This document shows positions 28,608 to 41,657 of a stretch of DNA of 64,000 nt, one piece after another; position 1 is the stretch's first letter; every line of letters starts with the position of its first letter. The DNA comes from Owenia fusiformis (taxonomy: Eukaryota). The notes below the pieces were generated by a model. The model was given only the letters and a program-made list of their open reading frames with translations. It ran no database searches and was not told the DNA's origin. The position numbers and the translations under genes were made by a program. Where the stretch lies: assembly GCA_903813345.2 (NCBI GenBank), contig CAIIXF020000001.1, positions 9,238,001-9,302,000 of the forward strand. The letters run 5' to 3'.

Positions 28608-29937
28608 TTAAACATCATTTAATTTCAAAAACACAGTATTATTATCCGTTCAACATTTAACAAATAACCAACAAAGCATAGAGGACTAAAAGACGATATA
28701 TTTCAGTGATTGCACTTATTGATGAATGGAGCAGGGAATTAGCAATCTGCATACTTGACTCGCACCTAATTACCAAGTGAAAGAGAAATATGGCGAGATT
28801 ATCAATGGCCAAAGCATATATTATACATACTCCTCTAGCCCTGCTCTAGCCTAAGGATTCAGATGAAACAAGACTAACTTAGATTGAATAAATATTACTC
28901 TGAAACGCAATATACAAATGAACTTCTAACAAATAGATGGCCAATCAAGATAATCTAAAAATAAGATATAATAACTAGACCTCAAATTATTCAACTCATC
29001 CAATTTCTGTAATGTCAGATATATTCACACATCCATGAATTTTTAACATGACACGCCACCTAGTCGATGAAATATAATCAGGTGATTTTCAAAGGACAAA
29101 TTATTCCTAGCCTATAGCAGCAGATTTCTAGAAATCATTATCATACTTTTAATTGAAGGTAACCTTTTAATCCGATGGCTCAATAAGAAAAATAACACCT
29201 ACCTGGCCGAAACATGTTTAATTGCATTTTGTGATAAAAGCCCCGAAGACACAAAACACCGTAGAACAACATTACACAAGCATTAGTGCTAATTTCGATT
29301 TTCAGGAACATCAAAAAGAAAACATGGAAATAATAGACAAGAAACAAAAATACATGTATAAGAATAACAGGATATCTCTAATACCACACAGAAACAGAAT
29401 ACCAGAAGCATAGCCAGCAGTTACCTTCATTGACCATCCTGCTAATATCTAAGGAAACCAACTTGATTGAATTTCAGATTGTACATTTTACCTGTAAATA
29501 TGAACATCTCTCTGAATTCTTTTTTGAACATTTTTATTCTTCCATTGATAACCATATCAAAAGAAGGCAGGCATTACCATGCAGAATGTCACTACCTGCT
29601 ATTTGTTAGATGCCAAACACCGAACACCATCCACAAAAAAGTTATAATTTGGAGTAGATAGATTTTCCGCAGTTCTCAAACCACCTACCATTCAAACTGT
29701 CTACCATTTAAGAAATCTTAAGCCAATTGCATTAACGAAGCAAATCTACTTAAGCAGTAGCAAACAAACAAATCTTGTTGTCTTAGACTGCGCCAGATTA
29801 GTATTCTGGCGGTGGAGAGATTTAGAACCAAATGTTTCTAATTGCTCTTTCTCATAAAACTGCTCAACTGAATGAACCTAGGTTTTGCAGAATGCCTTGT
29901 AATCAGGACTTGGCAATAATGTTAGTAAACAATAGTG

Positions 29938-31298
29938 TAACCAGAACAACGGCAACGCCAAAGCGTAGCGAATCCCATCGAACAGAAATGGCTGGCATTT
30001 TTACAAACGAATAGCATATCATAAAACAACACACCAGAAAGGCCACCATTTTCAAAATGGTTGCTCACTAGCCAAGTTGTCATCAGAAGAAATAATATGC
30101 TTTTAAGTAGCCACCTCTAAAATTTTTGAAAAATCGCACACGTACTTGTAAAATAACACACATAAAAATGGTGGCCATTTTTCAAAATGGCCAACTACTC
30201 CCCAAAGTTTTATTAGACAATGTGCCATGCTTAAAGTATTCACATATCAAATATGAACAAAATCGCTCCACTACTTTTCGAGTTATAGTAAAATACGTTA
30301 AAATGGCGGCCATTTTTCAAAATGGCGGCCATTTTTCAAAATGGCCACTGTCTACCAAAAGTGTCATTAGAAATAGACAGTATGCTATGCTTATAGTATT
30401 CACATACCAAATATGAACAAAATCACTCCACTACTTTTCGAGTTATAGTAAAATACATTAAAATGGCGGCCATTTTTCAAATTTTTTTTCAAAATGGCCG
30501 CCTTCTACCAAAAGTGTCATAGGACAGTGTGCCATGCTTATAGTATTCACATACCAAATATGAACAAAATCGCTCCACTACTTTTCGAGTTATAGTAAAA
30601 TACGTTAAAATGGCGGCCATTTTTCAAATTTTTTTTCAAAATGGCCGCCTCCTACCAAAAGTGTCATAGGACAGTGTGCCATGCTTATAGTATTCACATA
30701 CCAAATATGAACAAAATCGCTCCACTACTTTTCGAGTTATAGTAAAATACGTTAAAATGGCGGCCATTTTTCAAAATGGCCGCCTTCTACCAAAAGTGTC
30801 TTTAGACAGTGTGCAATGCTTATAGTATTCACATACCAAATATGAACAAAATCGCTCCACTATTTTTTGAGTTATAGCAAAAATTGTAAAATGACGAGTA
30901 AAGGCCGCCTTTTTTCAAGATGGCTGCCATGTGCTTCTTTAATATCTACATTTGTAGCATTATTAATGTCCTTTATAATTTTTTTACATTTAAAACATAT
31001 TGCTATTACAGTTTTACATATTACACCTAAATTACTGTAAAATCGGCACTAAAATGGCCGCCATTTTGAAATGAGCGGCCATTTTAAAAATCGGCTTTCG
31101 AGCAGAACTTCTACCCCCATAGGGTATACGTGTACAAAATATGAACAAAATCGGGCCAACGGTATTTGAGTTATTGCCCGGACGGACGGACGGACGGACG
31201 GACGGACAGACGTACGTACGGACGTACGTACGGACGGACGGACGGACGGACGGAGGCGTTCCCTATATCCCTCCGAACTTCGTTCGATGGGATAACAA
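29938..31298. mobile_element. Non-autonomous Helentron/HINE (pearl-like) element with internal satellite array and (GGAC)n microsatellite
   Basis: Subterminal inverted repeat atcccatcgaac (29972) / gttcgatgggat (31282); 135-160-bp tandem units 30165..30890; (ggac/gtac)n 31179..31253; terminal hairpin cgaac-ttc-gttcg; left end approximate. Confidence 0.8.
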
Positions 31299-31487
31299 TT
31301 ACATAAGATTAGACATACTCAATTAAACTATATCCAGATTGGTGTATAGAACAGAAATATAGATGATAAGATGAATGAAAACCCCAGATTTTTAGATTCA
31401 TCCATATTTGGAAATATGAAAACAACTCTAAACTGTAGCAAAGTACATGACTACAGTATGTTTTAATCATATCTGGGATACAATTAT

Positions 31488-31834
31488 TAGAGATGTTACG
31501 GAACATTTTGCTTCGGAACGGAACAATTTCGAAATGGTTCGGAACAGAGTGACTGTATGTATTAGATGAAAATAATCTGATCATCTAGGTCTATTTGGTA
31601 GCGAAAAGCTCTTCAAAACTCTTCAAAAAGAATGAGTAAAAAGAATGAACCTCTTTTGATACAAAATATTGAAAGAAAAATGCTGTTTTGTGGAGATTCA
31701 AGGGCCAGAAGTTATGAAAGGGTAAATGTTCTTGTTTCGGAACCGAACCGAAATTCTTAATTTTTGTTCCGTGTTCCGTTCCGAGGGCACAATTCCACAG
31801 ATCGAAACAAAATCGGGTATCTGTGACACCTCTA
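31488..31834. mobile_element. hAT-like MITE
   Basis: TAGAGATGTTAC...GTGACACCTCTA ends; 8-bp TSD acaattat / acaatcat; subterminal cggaac motifs. Confidence 0.8.
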
Positions 31835-33193
31835 ACAATCATGATTCCTTTTATTTTGAAATTCATATCAAAAATATCTATATGAATCTAGCTATACATT
31901 TTTTGAAACAGAGTCTAGTTAAGAATGTTAGATATTATTTCAGAACACCCCCTCATTTTGTTAACATGACGTGCTGCACTGAAATACTATTGATCTGGGC
32001 TACAGGAATTTACTTATTCAGTTTTTGCATCTTAGATCAATTAAATTCTAGCCTATGTTTAATAATCTTTCTAACATACATGCAAATCACTTACATACAT
32101 GCAATTAAAAAATTCATAGAAATTAAATGCATATAAATTGACTTCTGTGTTATGTTTTGATACGACTGTCAATGAAAGAAATATTACACCCTGAACTATA
32201 GCAAGATGATATAGTTTCTATTTTATCCCTTTTTTTATTAGCATGATACAATACAAAGTCAAAGTAAACACAGCAAAGCATTAGTAAATATTTAGAGTCT
32301 AAATACACAGGCAGATTTTGAGCTTTACAATAGGAATCTTATGCCCTTTTTTAAACATGGGTCATTTTTAGGAGACAATGCTGACACATGCCAAAGAAAT
32401 CAATGACAGACATAGACAGCTACATTTATATGTCATTTTAAAATAACATTTTGGTAAATAAGACATCTGGAAGACAGTATTTGTTTGAAAATGTGACAAT
32501 TGTAGATCTGCATTTATTGTATGTTTCAATAAAAACAATACCCAATGACAATAAACACACTGGTAATGATCTAAACTAGCTCATAACTGAAAGTTTTATC
32601 AATTCATTTCTTTTTATTACATATTATGGATTCTAAATTCCTATTACGAAACCTATATCTACATCTGTGGGCCAATCTGACTGAAGCAAAGAATAATCAT
32701 CAATTCAACTCATCTTTCTATTTTCAGGCAAGTATCAAAATGGATGTTGTGAATTCAGCATGTTCCATCGTGAATTATGTTCCAAAGAACTGATTTACAG
32801 CCTAGGTTTTACCTTACGAAAAAAAAGACAGTACAAAAACGTAAACATCAAAGTAGCTCCTTTAGATATCACAAGTAATATCCTGATTGCCATCGGAGAT
32901 GTGGATGAGACGTCATTAAACATTTGCCTTTCATGGAACAATCAAGCAATGCTATACACCTACCTAGTAATATAAACCTTCTTCATAATGCAAACTGATT
33001 GCAAAATCCATTAATTAATATCTTATACAACAAACAAGGGAATTTTTCTCATCTGGACTCTGGAGACAGTAAGCTGATTGGAACTAAGGGATAGCGGATA
33101 ATTACATCACCGAGCCATTATTTTTAGCGTGTTATTTACTGCATTACAGTTCATCGAATCTTCAATATTTATTTAAAAAAAATTATGGTAGTA

Positions 33194-33355
33194 CAGTAAA
33201 ACCTGTAACACATTTGGTACCTCAAAAAAATGAACCTCTATAAGTAGAACACCCCCCAAGTGGAACACTACGTCAGTTGGTCTTGGGACTCTAAAAGTGT
33301 TCTCCTAACAGAGGTATTCCTCTTCTAGAGATGTTCCACTTAACAGGTTTAACTG
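33194..33355. mobile_element. pogo/Tigger-like MITE; decayed relatives near 3810, 9080, 11460, 15800, 22313, 42755 and 61809..62090
   Basis: TA|CAGTAAAACCTGT...ACAGGTTTAACTG|TA with internal aagtggaacacctc motifs. Confidence 0.8.
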
Positions 33356-36300
33356 TATTTCTAAAAAGATAATTGATATGAGAACAGCAGATAATTATAA
33401 ATTACAACTTTTCATTAGACTGCGATTAACAAGAATTGTCTAACAGTTGAATCATCTATATTAAAATAAAAGGTAAAAAAACATCATGACATTTGTGTAA
33501 TTTTTAGGTAGATATATCATCATGCTATACTGTGTAAATGAGAGCTACATTCCATGCCTAAAATAATACAACTAAATCAGACTGGGCTATAATTGGTTAC
33601 AACTGGAAACATTTTACTAGGAGATACAAAAAACACAGAGATATTTCAATGTAGAATGTAGCCAGCCTATTTAGTATGTGCCAGGCTTTTGACAACTCCT
33701 CCTAATTGTACCATTTTGATGATGTATTAGTTCTGCTATCATATGACATACTTATAGAATGATGTTATGCAAAATTACAGTGAATATTGCTTTATATTCA
33801 TGGTCATAATGTAATATGGTTTGAATATGTCTATTACATGAAATGTGGTGCTGCATCTTCCTTCATTCAAAGGACTTCATTTATTACTCAATTCATGGAA
33901 AGAAGTGAAATACCCTTTGACCAAGGATGTATAAGGGCTTATAAGATCACCAGTCTTCAACCATTTTAACAACCAAATTCCAATAGTATTTTGTCCAGTG
34001 AGATAGTGCATCCTTCCCTTAGCTGTCTCTTCATTCCATAGAATACCAAGTGCTTCATGGCATTATACTAAATAATGTTTTAATAATGTTTTATCAAAGT
34101 AATTAATCAAATCTATTACTAGAAATAGTGTAAACCTAATTTAATCTGATTAAAGTAAATATAAAAAGCTCATCCCATCATGAGTGTGGACATATGAAAA
34201 TAAAATAGCCAAATATTTGAAGGTGAAGGTTAATGATGGTTTGATGTTTTACTAATGAGTTATACTAGTAGATAAGACCTTGATGCAGCTGTTTAATGTA
34301 TCTTGTATACATGTCTAAGAATTTTTTTGTCTAGGAATTCATAGTTTCATTTAAACCAACTTAACACATGTTTTCACACCAAAATACGCCAGATGCTTCA
34401 ATAACAAATTAACCCACTAGAAACATCTCTACTAAGCCCCCTTATCCATACATCAAAATGCTCTCAAAGAGATGAGTACATCAATGGAATCTTCAGGAGA
34501 TAAAACACAAATCCATTCCAGGAAAAACAGCTTTGATTTTCAATCAACTGACCTAAACAACAGATTGTGCATCTATGAGGAATATCCGGATATAATTCAC
34601 TACGATTCCTGTTAAATAAAGAGGCTTAGATGCGAGCTTATGGCAATGCAAATTAATGTCTACTGAAGTCAAAGCCTTAAGTCTCTAAATATAAAGTATG
34701 AACCCTATATGTGAAAGCAGCATACACATTCTTCACCTAATATTCTCTTTACAAATATCATGTATAAGAATTGGAGATAATTGGGCATTATAGCATTGGA
34801 TAGGGATAATTTAAGGCTTAATGAGAAGGAAACTGTAAATGCTTTAAGGCTGTCTTAAAAAGCTGAATTTTCATTACTGAGAATGTCGTAAAACTGAAAT
34901 ATTGATCTTACTGTAACAGTGGATCAATGGTTTTTTTTCTATCTCTATCCTAGCAGAGATGATTCATTCTCGTGTCTGATAATTACTTGATCAATGATGG
35001 AATATCACTGTAGCCTATACTTAACTGTATCTTGAAATTAAACCATGAAACCTAAACTGAATCACAATTTTTTTTATATAAACTTGAATAACAGCCCTTG
35101 ACATATATGTCTATACAGTCTCATCCAGGAGATTCAACATTCAGTTCAAATTACTACTAAGTCATACTGTAAAGGATTCTAAATTAATAAAATGTTCACT
35201 TATTTTTAAATAAAAACCTAGATATATCAATATAGATATATCAATATAATTTATTTGCTCAATTGCTCTATGCCTGTCTGCATTCAGTCTCTGCTACTTG
35301 GATATGGAAATCGTGTAAACATTAATAATAGAAATATGTTCAAAGCGACCCGAGGGAAAATGAACTTGAGTAGATACCTGCCAATATCTAGGCCCTAACG
35401 CCCTCCAGCAAATTAAACGGTCCTATTTTAATCAAGATATGATAAATTTAAACGAAACAAATTATTGGCTTTGATAAAATATATAATTATGTTCTGGAAT
35501 AACAGTACTGTAGTATCAAAGTCTAAAAGGCTTTTCTGTTGAGTCTTTTGACCAAATGACTATTGGCTATATTCAGGGATATTCTTCTGTATGTTTTGCA
35601 CAGGTGCACAACCTAATTATCTACCAGTCTGAAGTACTTTGAAATACCCTGAAGTCAGTACATATATTCAAAAATTTTATTTATCCGTGTAAAAACAATA
35701 CACAAACAGCTGTACATTTTTATTCAAAAGAACTGGTTCTAGTCTGTTAACATAAGCAAATGATCAGTTGGACAAATTCCAAACATTACTTAGTCAGCAT
35801 GGGAAAAAATAAGAATACATGTTGCAAAACAATTTAGAATCAGTTCAAATATGACTCTTTCCTTTAAGCATTTATAACTTAATTTATAATATCAATGCAA
35901 CAAGTAAAAAGTTTGTTTGAGCACTACCTTATGCAAACATCTCACATCATATAACTAACACCATGAAGAGATTTACATAACAGCTAAGAAAACACTAACC
36001 AACAAATGAAACATAGGAGTACCCCTCTAGATTATATTGAAATCAACACTAAATTATAAAACTGAAATGGTTAAATTATAAAACTGAAATGGTTACACGA
36101 TATATTAGTATATGGCTAAAATATGGATATGGCTAAACATAACTAAGGCAAAATCCTCCAAAGTTTTAACTTTACAAAATTCATACATGCAAATATGTAT
36201 GCTAATAAATGGCTACAGACTGATAAAACTCAAGGCAAACTTATCAAGGACCGTACTCATCCAGCCAAGTGTCTTGATAATTGTAAATAACATATACTGT

Positions 36301-36516
36301 AATTTTTAACAACAAAAACTTGAGATCGGTCATGCCAACCTCCGGTAATAAATAGATATCTTGACTTCCAGTTCCACATATAATTATCATAAATATCAAT
36401 TTCTTCCTGCCACTATCAAGTACACCTACACAATAATGAATCTAACCTGTACATACATGAATTAGGAAGTTGGTTTTATTGTAAAGATCATGGGGACCAA
36501 ATCTGTATGGGCCTAC

Positions 36517-36622
36517 CTGTTTTCCTTCCCTGTGATGCCTGTGGAAGGGTGGTACAAAACTGTCTGATCTTGGATACCATCATTTGACATATCAACCACA
36601 GCCCTGGTGTTAAGATCAATTT
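36517..36622 (-). CDS. KIF13: KIF13-like coding exon 2 (EIDLNTRAVVDMSNDGIQDQTVLYHPSTGITGKEN)
   Basis: tttacag acceptor and gtaggc donor; 106 nt, phase 1 to 2. Confidence 0.9.
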
Positions 36623-36734
36623 CTGTAAATAATCAAATTAAGGGGGTTAACGGATAGCACATTTTGGACTATTCTGGCATAATGAGTAATAAACTGGATG
36701 TTATAAAAAAAAAAATTTAAATTATTTGGCTCAC

Positions 36735-36789
36735 CTCTCCTGTTGAAGGGACGAACCCTCACGGCAACTTTCACCTTGTCAGCGCACAT
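36735..36789 (-). CDS. KIF13: KIF13-like coding exon 1 (MCADKVKVAVRVRPFNRR)
   Basis: ATG in caaaaATG context; VKVAVRVRPFN motor start; G|gtgag donor; 55 nt. Confidence 0.93.
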
Positions 36790-37150
36790 TTTTGTATGAA
36801 TCCGAGGCCTATATTCCTTGAAAGTTGTCTGATATGTACTTCAATATCTACACTTAAATTCCCACTATCCAGTTATATTATCCTTACATTATATCCATTG
36901 TATTTACATTTATAAAATAGATCGTGTGTTCACTTCGTCATTTCTGGTTTTACAAACATCCGGGCTTTTTTGAGAAAATGCGCCTCGTTTTGAATGTTAC
37001 CGGAAGTGATAATTTTTTCAAATATTTCACAAATAAGCGCTAAAAGTCAATTAAAATGTTGAGTTAACCATCATTAACAAAAGTAACATAGGCGAATGAA
37101 CTATAATAATATTGTCCATTGCTTTAGCACAAAAATATGAAGATATAGCC
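36790..37150. promoter_or_regulatory. Putative bidirectional promoter and 5' UTRs shared by KIF13 and DNAJC27
   Basis: 361 bp between divergent ATGs; ETS/GABP-type CCGGAAGTG at 37000..37008; locally more CpG; short uORF ATGAAGATATAG at 37137..37148. Confidence 0.75.
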
Positions 37151-37210
37151 ATGACAAATAAGCCATTTAGGATAAAAATCATCAGCATGGGAAATGCTGA
37201 AGTTGGAAAG
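37151..37210 (+). CDS. DNAJC27: DNAJC27/RBJ exon 1 (MTNKPFRIKIISMGNAEVGK)
   Basis: gccATG start; RJL-type G1 box GNAEVGK(S); AAG|gtttg donor. Confidence 0.92.
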
Positions 37211-37619
37211 GTTTGTTTTGATTTTTGAAAATTTAATTTCACATCCGTTCCTCAGGTATAGAAGGGTATAAACGCTGTATACATTGACCAACATCTTAGG
37301 TTTTACTCCAGTCTGAACACCACATCAGTAATGCCCAAAATTTAATGATTATGTATCCACATTTGTCCAGTGCCTACTGCCTGGTATTGCTAATGTGTGT
37401 ACAGCAAAATTTTAAATGGTTGGAACTAGGCCTACTTTGAATCTAAAAAATAAGCAATTAAAGGATCATATTGAAACAGAATACGTAAAAATAGAAACAT
37501 TTATACATGTCCTAACTTTTTTATATTTCAGTTCGTTTTTTAGTTTATAGCTATCATTATATTTTCGAAAACATGACTGAAACCATAGATTCGGCCAAAT
37601 TCTTTGATAGTAGGATCAG

Positions 37620-37941
37620 GGGCAGTGAATTTGTACGATCCGTGATCAGATCTGGATAAATTTCGTCATGGTGATGCATTGTGGAATTAATCCAAGAATT
37701 AATCCAAAAATCGGTGAATTCGTACAATCCTGGGATTAAGAAAAATCTCAATCCACCTCTTGAGGTAGATTACTTTTTGGATAAATTTTATCCGAATTCC
37801 AATGCAAATTGGATAAATCTTGGGGATTCCCCTCATAATCTTGGATCGTACGAATTCACCAAATATTTATCGGATTAGTAATCCAAGATTTATCCAAAAA
37901 TTTATCCAGATTGGATTGGGGATCATACAAATTCACAGCCT
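37620..37941. mobile_element. PIF/Harbinger-like MITE in DNAJC27 intron 1
   Basis: About 44-bp imperfect TIR (gggcagtgaatttgtacgatcc / ggatcatacaaattcacagcct); CAG/CTG flanks. Confidence 0.75.
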
Positions 37942-38897
37942 CTGAAGCTCAAAGAATAATTCACAAGGTATGACACCTAAGAAAATTTCAAATTTAAAAT
38001 GACGATTGTGCAGCCAATTCAGAAAAATATGAGACAAATCATACCTCATTCGAAGCGTCTTGTTATTCTTTACCTTTCTGATCACTAATGAATGGTATTC
38101 AAGCAATCCTGTGTTGATAAGAGGCCAAAATAGTGATATTATATCGCCGGGCTCTCGTTTGTCCAAATTTGAATGGTGCTATCGTGATTCCAGAAATATG
38201 ACGTCAGAATTACAATGATATTTGGACACACAATAGCCCGGATCAAGTGAAAAATATTTGTCGTACCGTATTAAAAGTCAAATTACTACATGTCCATAGG
38301 TTATTTACTCGAAACTAATCAAGTAGAAATAGAAAGATGAAGATCTCAGCTATAAATTAAGTGTAAAATCTGTCACGGGGAAGCAGATACCATTTTGTAT
38401 AAGGACTTTTGAAAGGTGGTCACCTTTTTTTGAAATTTTCCAATTCCTACTACAAAACGATCTGGCCAACATCTGTGGCTGAAACTCCCTAAATTACAAA
38501 AGGCCACAGCTTTGCTGCACATTATACATAACTATCTGAAATATACAAAAGTTAGGACTTGTACATATGTTTCCATTTTTTCATATACTGTTTCAATATT
38601 TTCATTTGATTGCTTATTTTTTTAAATTCAAAGTAGTTCCAAATATTTAAAATTTTACTGTAGCCTGGTTTATCAAATTGTGACAATGAATATGATAAAT
38701 GCAGAATATCAACATGCAAAATAGTTTTTCGATTCTTAACAGTTAATGGTGCTTTAAATTGACCATTCATTGTTAGATTGCAAAATGTTACCACATTACC
38801 ATGGTTGATTACAGTCACACATGTTTCATTTGGCTCAAGAAATATTTAAATATCAACCAGTCATTTTATATAGGAATATTATTTCTATATTTTGCAG

Positions 38898-38980
38898 AGT
38901 TGCATCATCAAAAGATACTGTGAGAAGAGATTTGTAAACAAATACCTTGCAACTATAGGTATAGATTATGGTGTAACCAA
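38898..38980 (+). CDS. DNAJC27: DNAJC27 exon 2 (SCIIKRYCEKRFVNKYLATIGIDYGVT)
   Basis: tttgcag acceptor and gtaagt donor; 83 nt; switch I TIGIDYG. Confidence 0.95.
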
Positions 38981-40438
38981 GTAAGTTCAAAACGAATATA
39001 TAAAAAGGCATTGACATGCAAAATTTCACTACCTGCCATTTGTTACAGACATTGAATGCTTACACCAACTGCCGAATATCAACTGCCGACTGCCATTCTC
39101 AAAAAAAATTACCTATCTGTAAACATAGATAATTATAAGAGATCAGAAACTCCCATCATTGGTCATATTGGTTCAGTTCCCATGGTCTATTTAGTTCAGA
39201 AAAATTCTGGTAGGAGGACAACAAAATTACTAGTTCTGTTGTATCAATGACTGTCTCAGTGAAGGTACGTTGAAAAATATTTTATTAAAATCGCACATTA
39301 TCTATATCGAGATTAAAGTGGCAGCACAGGAGATGAAGGATTAATGACGATGTTTGGCAGTCTGTAGTTAGTAATAGGTGGTAACAAATGGCAAGTGGTA
39401 ACATATTGCATGTTAATACCTTGTTATATTAACATACTGCTATGTTCTTTATCCCAAGCTTTGTATCTGGAAAAATCTTTCAAGTATAAAGATAGATCTA
39501 ACTAAAGATGTATCAGATAATGTAACCACCAAAAAGTGATGATTATTATGTCAACACCATTGTGATGACATATTGTAATAGTCTCCAACTTTTTTATGGA
39601 TGATGTTTAGCAGTAGGTGTTTGGCACTCGGTGTCTGTAACAAATGGCAGGGGCTGACATTTTGCATACTAATGCCTTGTTTTATTTTCAGACTTGCATT
39701 ATGTGTTAGTATTTTGGTGTCTCCACATGACATCTGTAACAAACTGTTTTAAATTCCAGTCAGGTTGTGATATTTGGCTAGATGTTAATGTAATGTTAGA
39801 AATTGTTGTTGATTGTGCTCAGAAATTGAGGAATCTTATGATACATATTAGTATTATAAATCATTTCTATTTTAAAATTATTAATAAAAGTTGAAAATGT
39901 CATTCAATGAATTAAATTGTATCATTATATGTCACCTTCATTGGGTGACGACAGACAAAACAATTTTCAGAAAAATATTATGGAATAAATTAATTAATGT
40001 TATTGATGGTTGCGATGAAATATCCATTTTTCCTCGAGAAATTATGATATTGGCCTAGAAAAATATCATATTGACACTCAGGCTGTCACCCTCGGTCAAT
40101 ATGATATTTTCCTTGGACAATATCATATTTTCCCTCGAAATAAAGTTCATATTACATCCCTCCCATTAAATAACCTCTATATCTCTATATATTTTTGTTT
40201 TTTCACCATTAGAAGTGGAGACATATTTTTATAGTCTCCAAAGGTTTGCGGATGGTGTTCAATAGTTGGCATTTGGCAGTTGGTGTTCGGCTTCTGTAAC
40301 AAATGGCATTTTGTGGTCGGCATCTATAAAAAATGTCAGGTGGTGACATATTGCATGTTAATGCCTTGTTTTTCCTATACTTGAACTAAAACATGACACA
40401 TGTATCAGCTAATTCAGATGATATATTTTTCCTTTCAG

Positions 40439-40508
40439 AGTGAAGGTGAACGAAAGAGATGTAAAAGTGAATATATTTGATATGGCAGGTCATCCAATTT
40501 TCTATGAG
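40439..40508 (+). CDS. DNAJC27: DNAJC27 exon 3 (VKVNERDVKVNIFDMAGHPIFYE)
   Basis: ctttcag acceptor and gtacag donor; 70 nt; G3 box DMAGH. Confidence 0.95.
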
Positions 40509-41459
40509 GTACAGAAATTATATATATTATCACATGAAAATCACAAATGAACCCAAACCCCCAAAAGTTGCACTATATTTTAACCAAAAGAGCTTTGAAT
40601 ATCGCACAGAGGATTGTTTCTTTCAATACATGGTCTTAACAGTTTTGCAGCAAAGAATACTGTAATTTACAAGATGTCAGTCCTATTAATGGTATTTAAA
40701 TAGGTTAATTTTTTTATTTGCTTGATATACTAAAAAAATGATTTCATAAGTTGTGGAGGACTGAGGCTATAAGTATTATTAGCCCCCTATTAATGATATA
40801 ATATGAACATACTCAATATTTTGAAAACAGTGGGAAATCACATCACATTTTCATGTTTTGTTAGTATGAAGCAAAACGCTTTACAGAACTACCTCAGGCA
40901 CTTATGGTGGGATTAAGTGTCTTTAAGTGAGTCTGGAAAAACTTTTAATGAGTCACATGGCAGGATTATATACCTTGACACATTGAATGAGCCTGGAAAT
41001 ATCCTGAATCTTTTGTCAAGAAGTCGAATTATGACAACAGATGTTTATTAAACTGTTAAAATTGAGCTTGTCACATGAATTATGTCAGGGGTGTAGACAG
41101 GATTTAAAATTTGGCTAGCCTCATATGAATTAAAAAGCAAATTATTACGGTACTTATTTTTACAGTTTTAATGGAGGCAATGGAAAAACCATCTTAATCA
41201 ATATTTTCAGCCAAATTTTGGTGAAGGCTCGTGCCTAGCTACCGTCGCGCCATGTATGTTGACCTATAAAAGAGATTGGATATATGTAGAGACATAGATG
41301 AGATCTTTGAATATTGAGTCAGCTTTCTCATTGGATTGCTGTCTCTCTTTCTGACAAGGATCAGTGTCACTCAGTTTTTCCAGTCCCTTTTAAAGGCCCT
41401 TGCTGTTGTTACATGGACTCACTCAAAAATAATGACAACAATAGGTAGGACATATAGTG

Positions 41460-41657
41460 CATACCCGTAGCCTGGAAGGGTTCGGGGGGTTAGGGCAAAC
41501 TCCCCCCCCCTGGCCAAAATTTCTTTCAAAATCATGCAGTTTTTCAACATTCTGACTATTTTTTGAGTGATTTTTGGCCAAATTTGCCGAAGTGAACCCC
41601 CCCTAAAATATCTTGGAAAAGTGAACCCCCCTTGGAAAATTCTGGCTACGGGCCTGT
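41460..41657. mobile_element. GC-rich hAT-like MITE
   Basis: cccgtagcc...ggctacgggcctg inverted ends; G/C runs; tagtgca near both flanks. Confidence 0.65.

Noticed and set aside
30165-30890. Regular repeats as a possible CRISPR array
   Set aside because: Whole units repeat without unique spacers; eukaryotic context; no cas genes.
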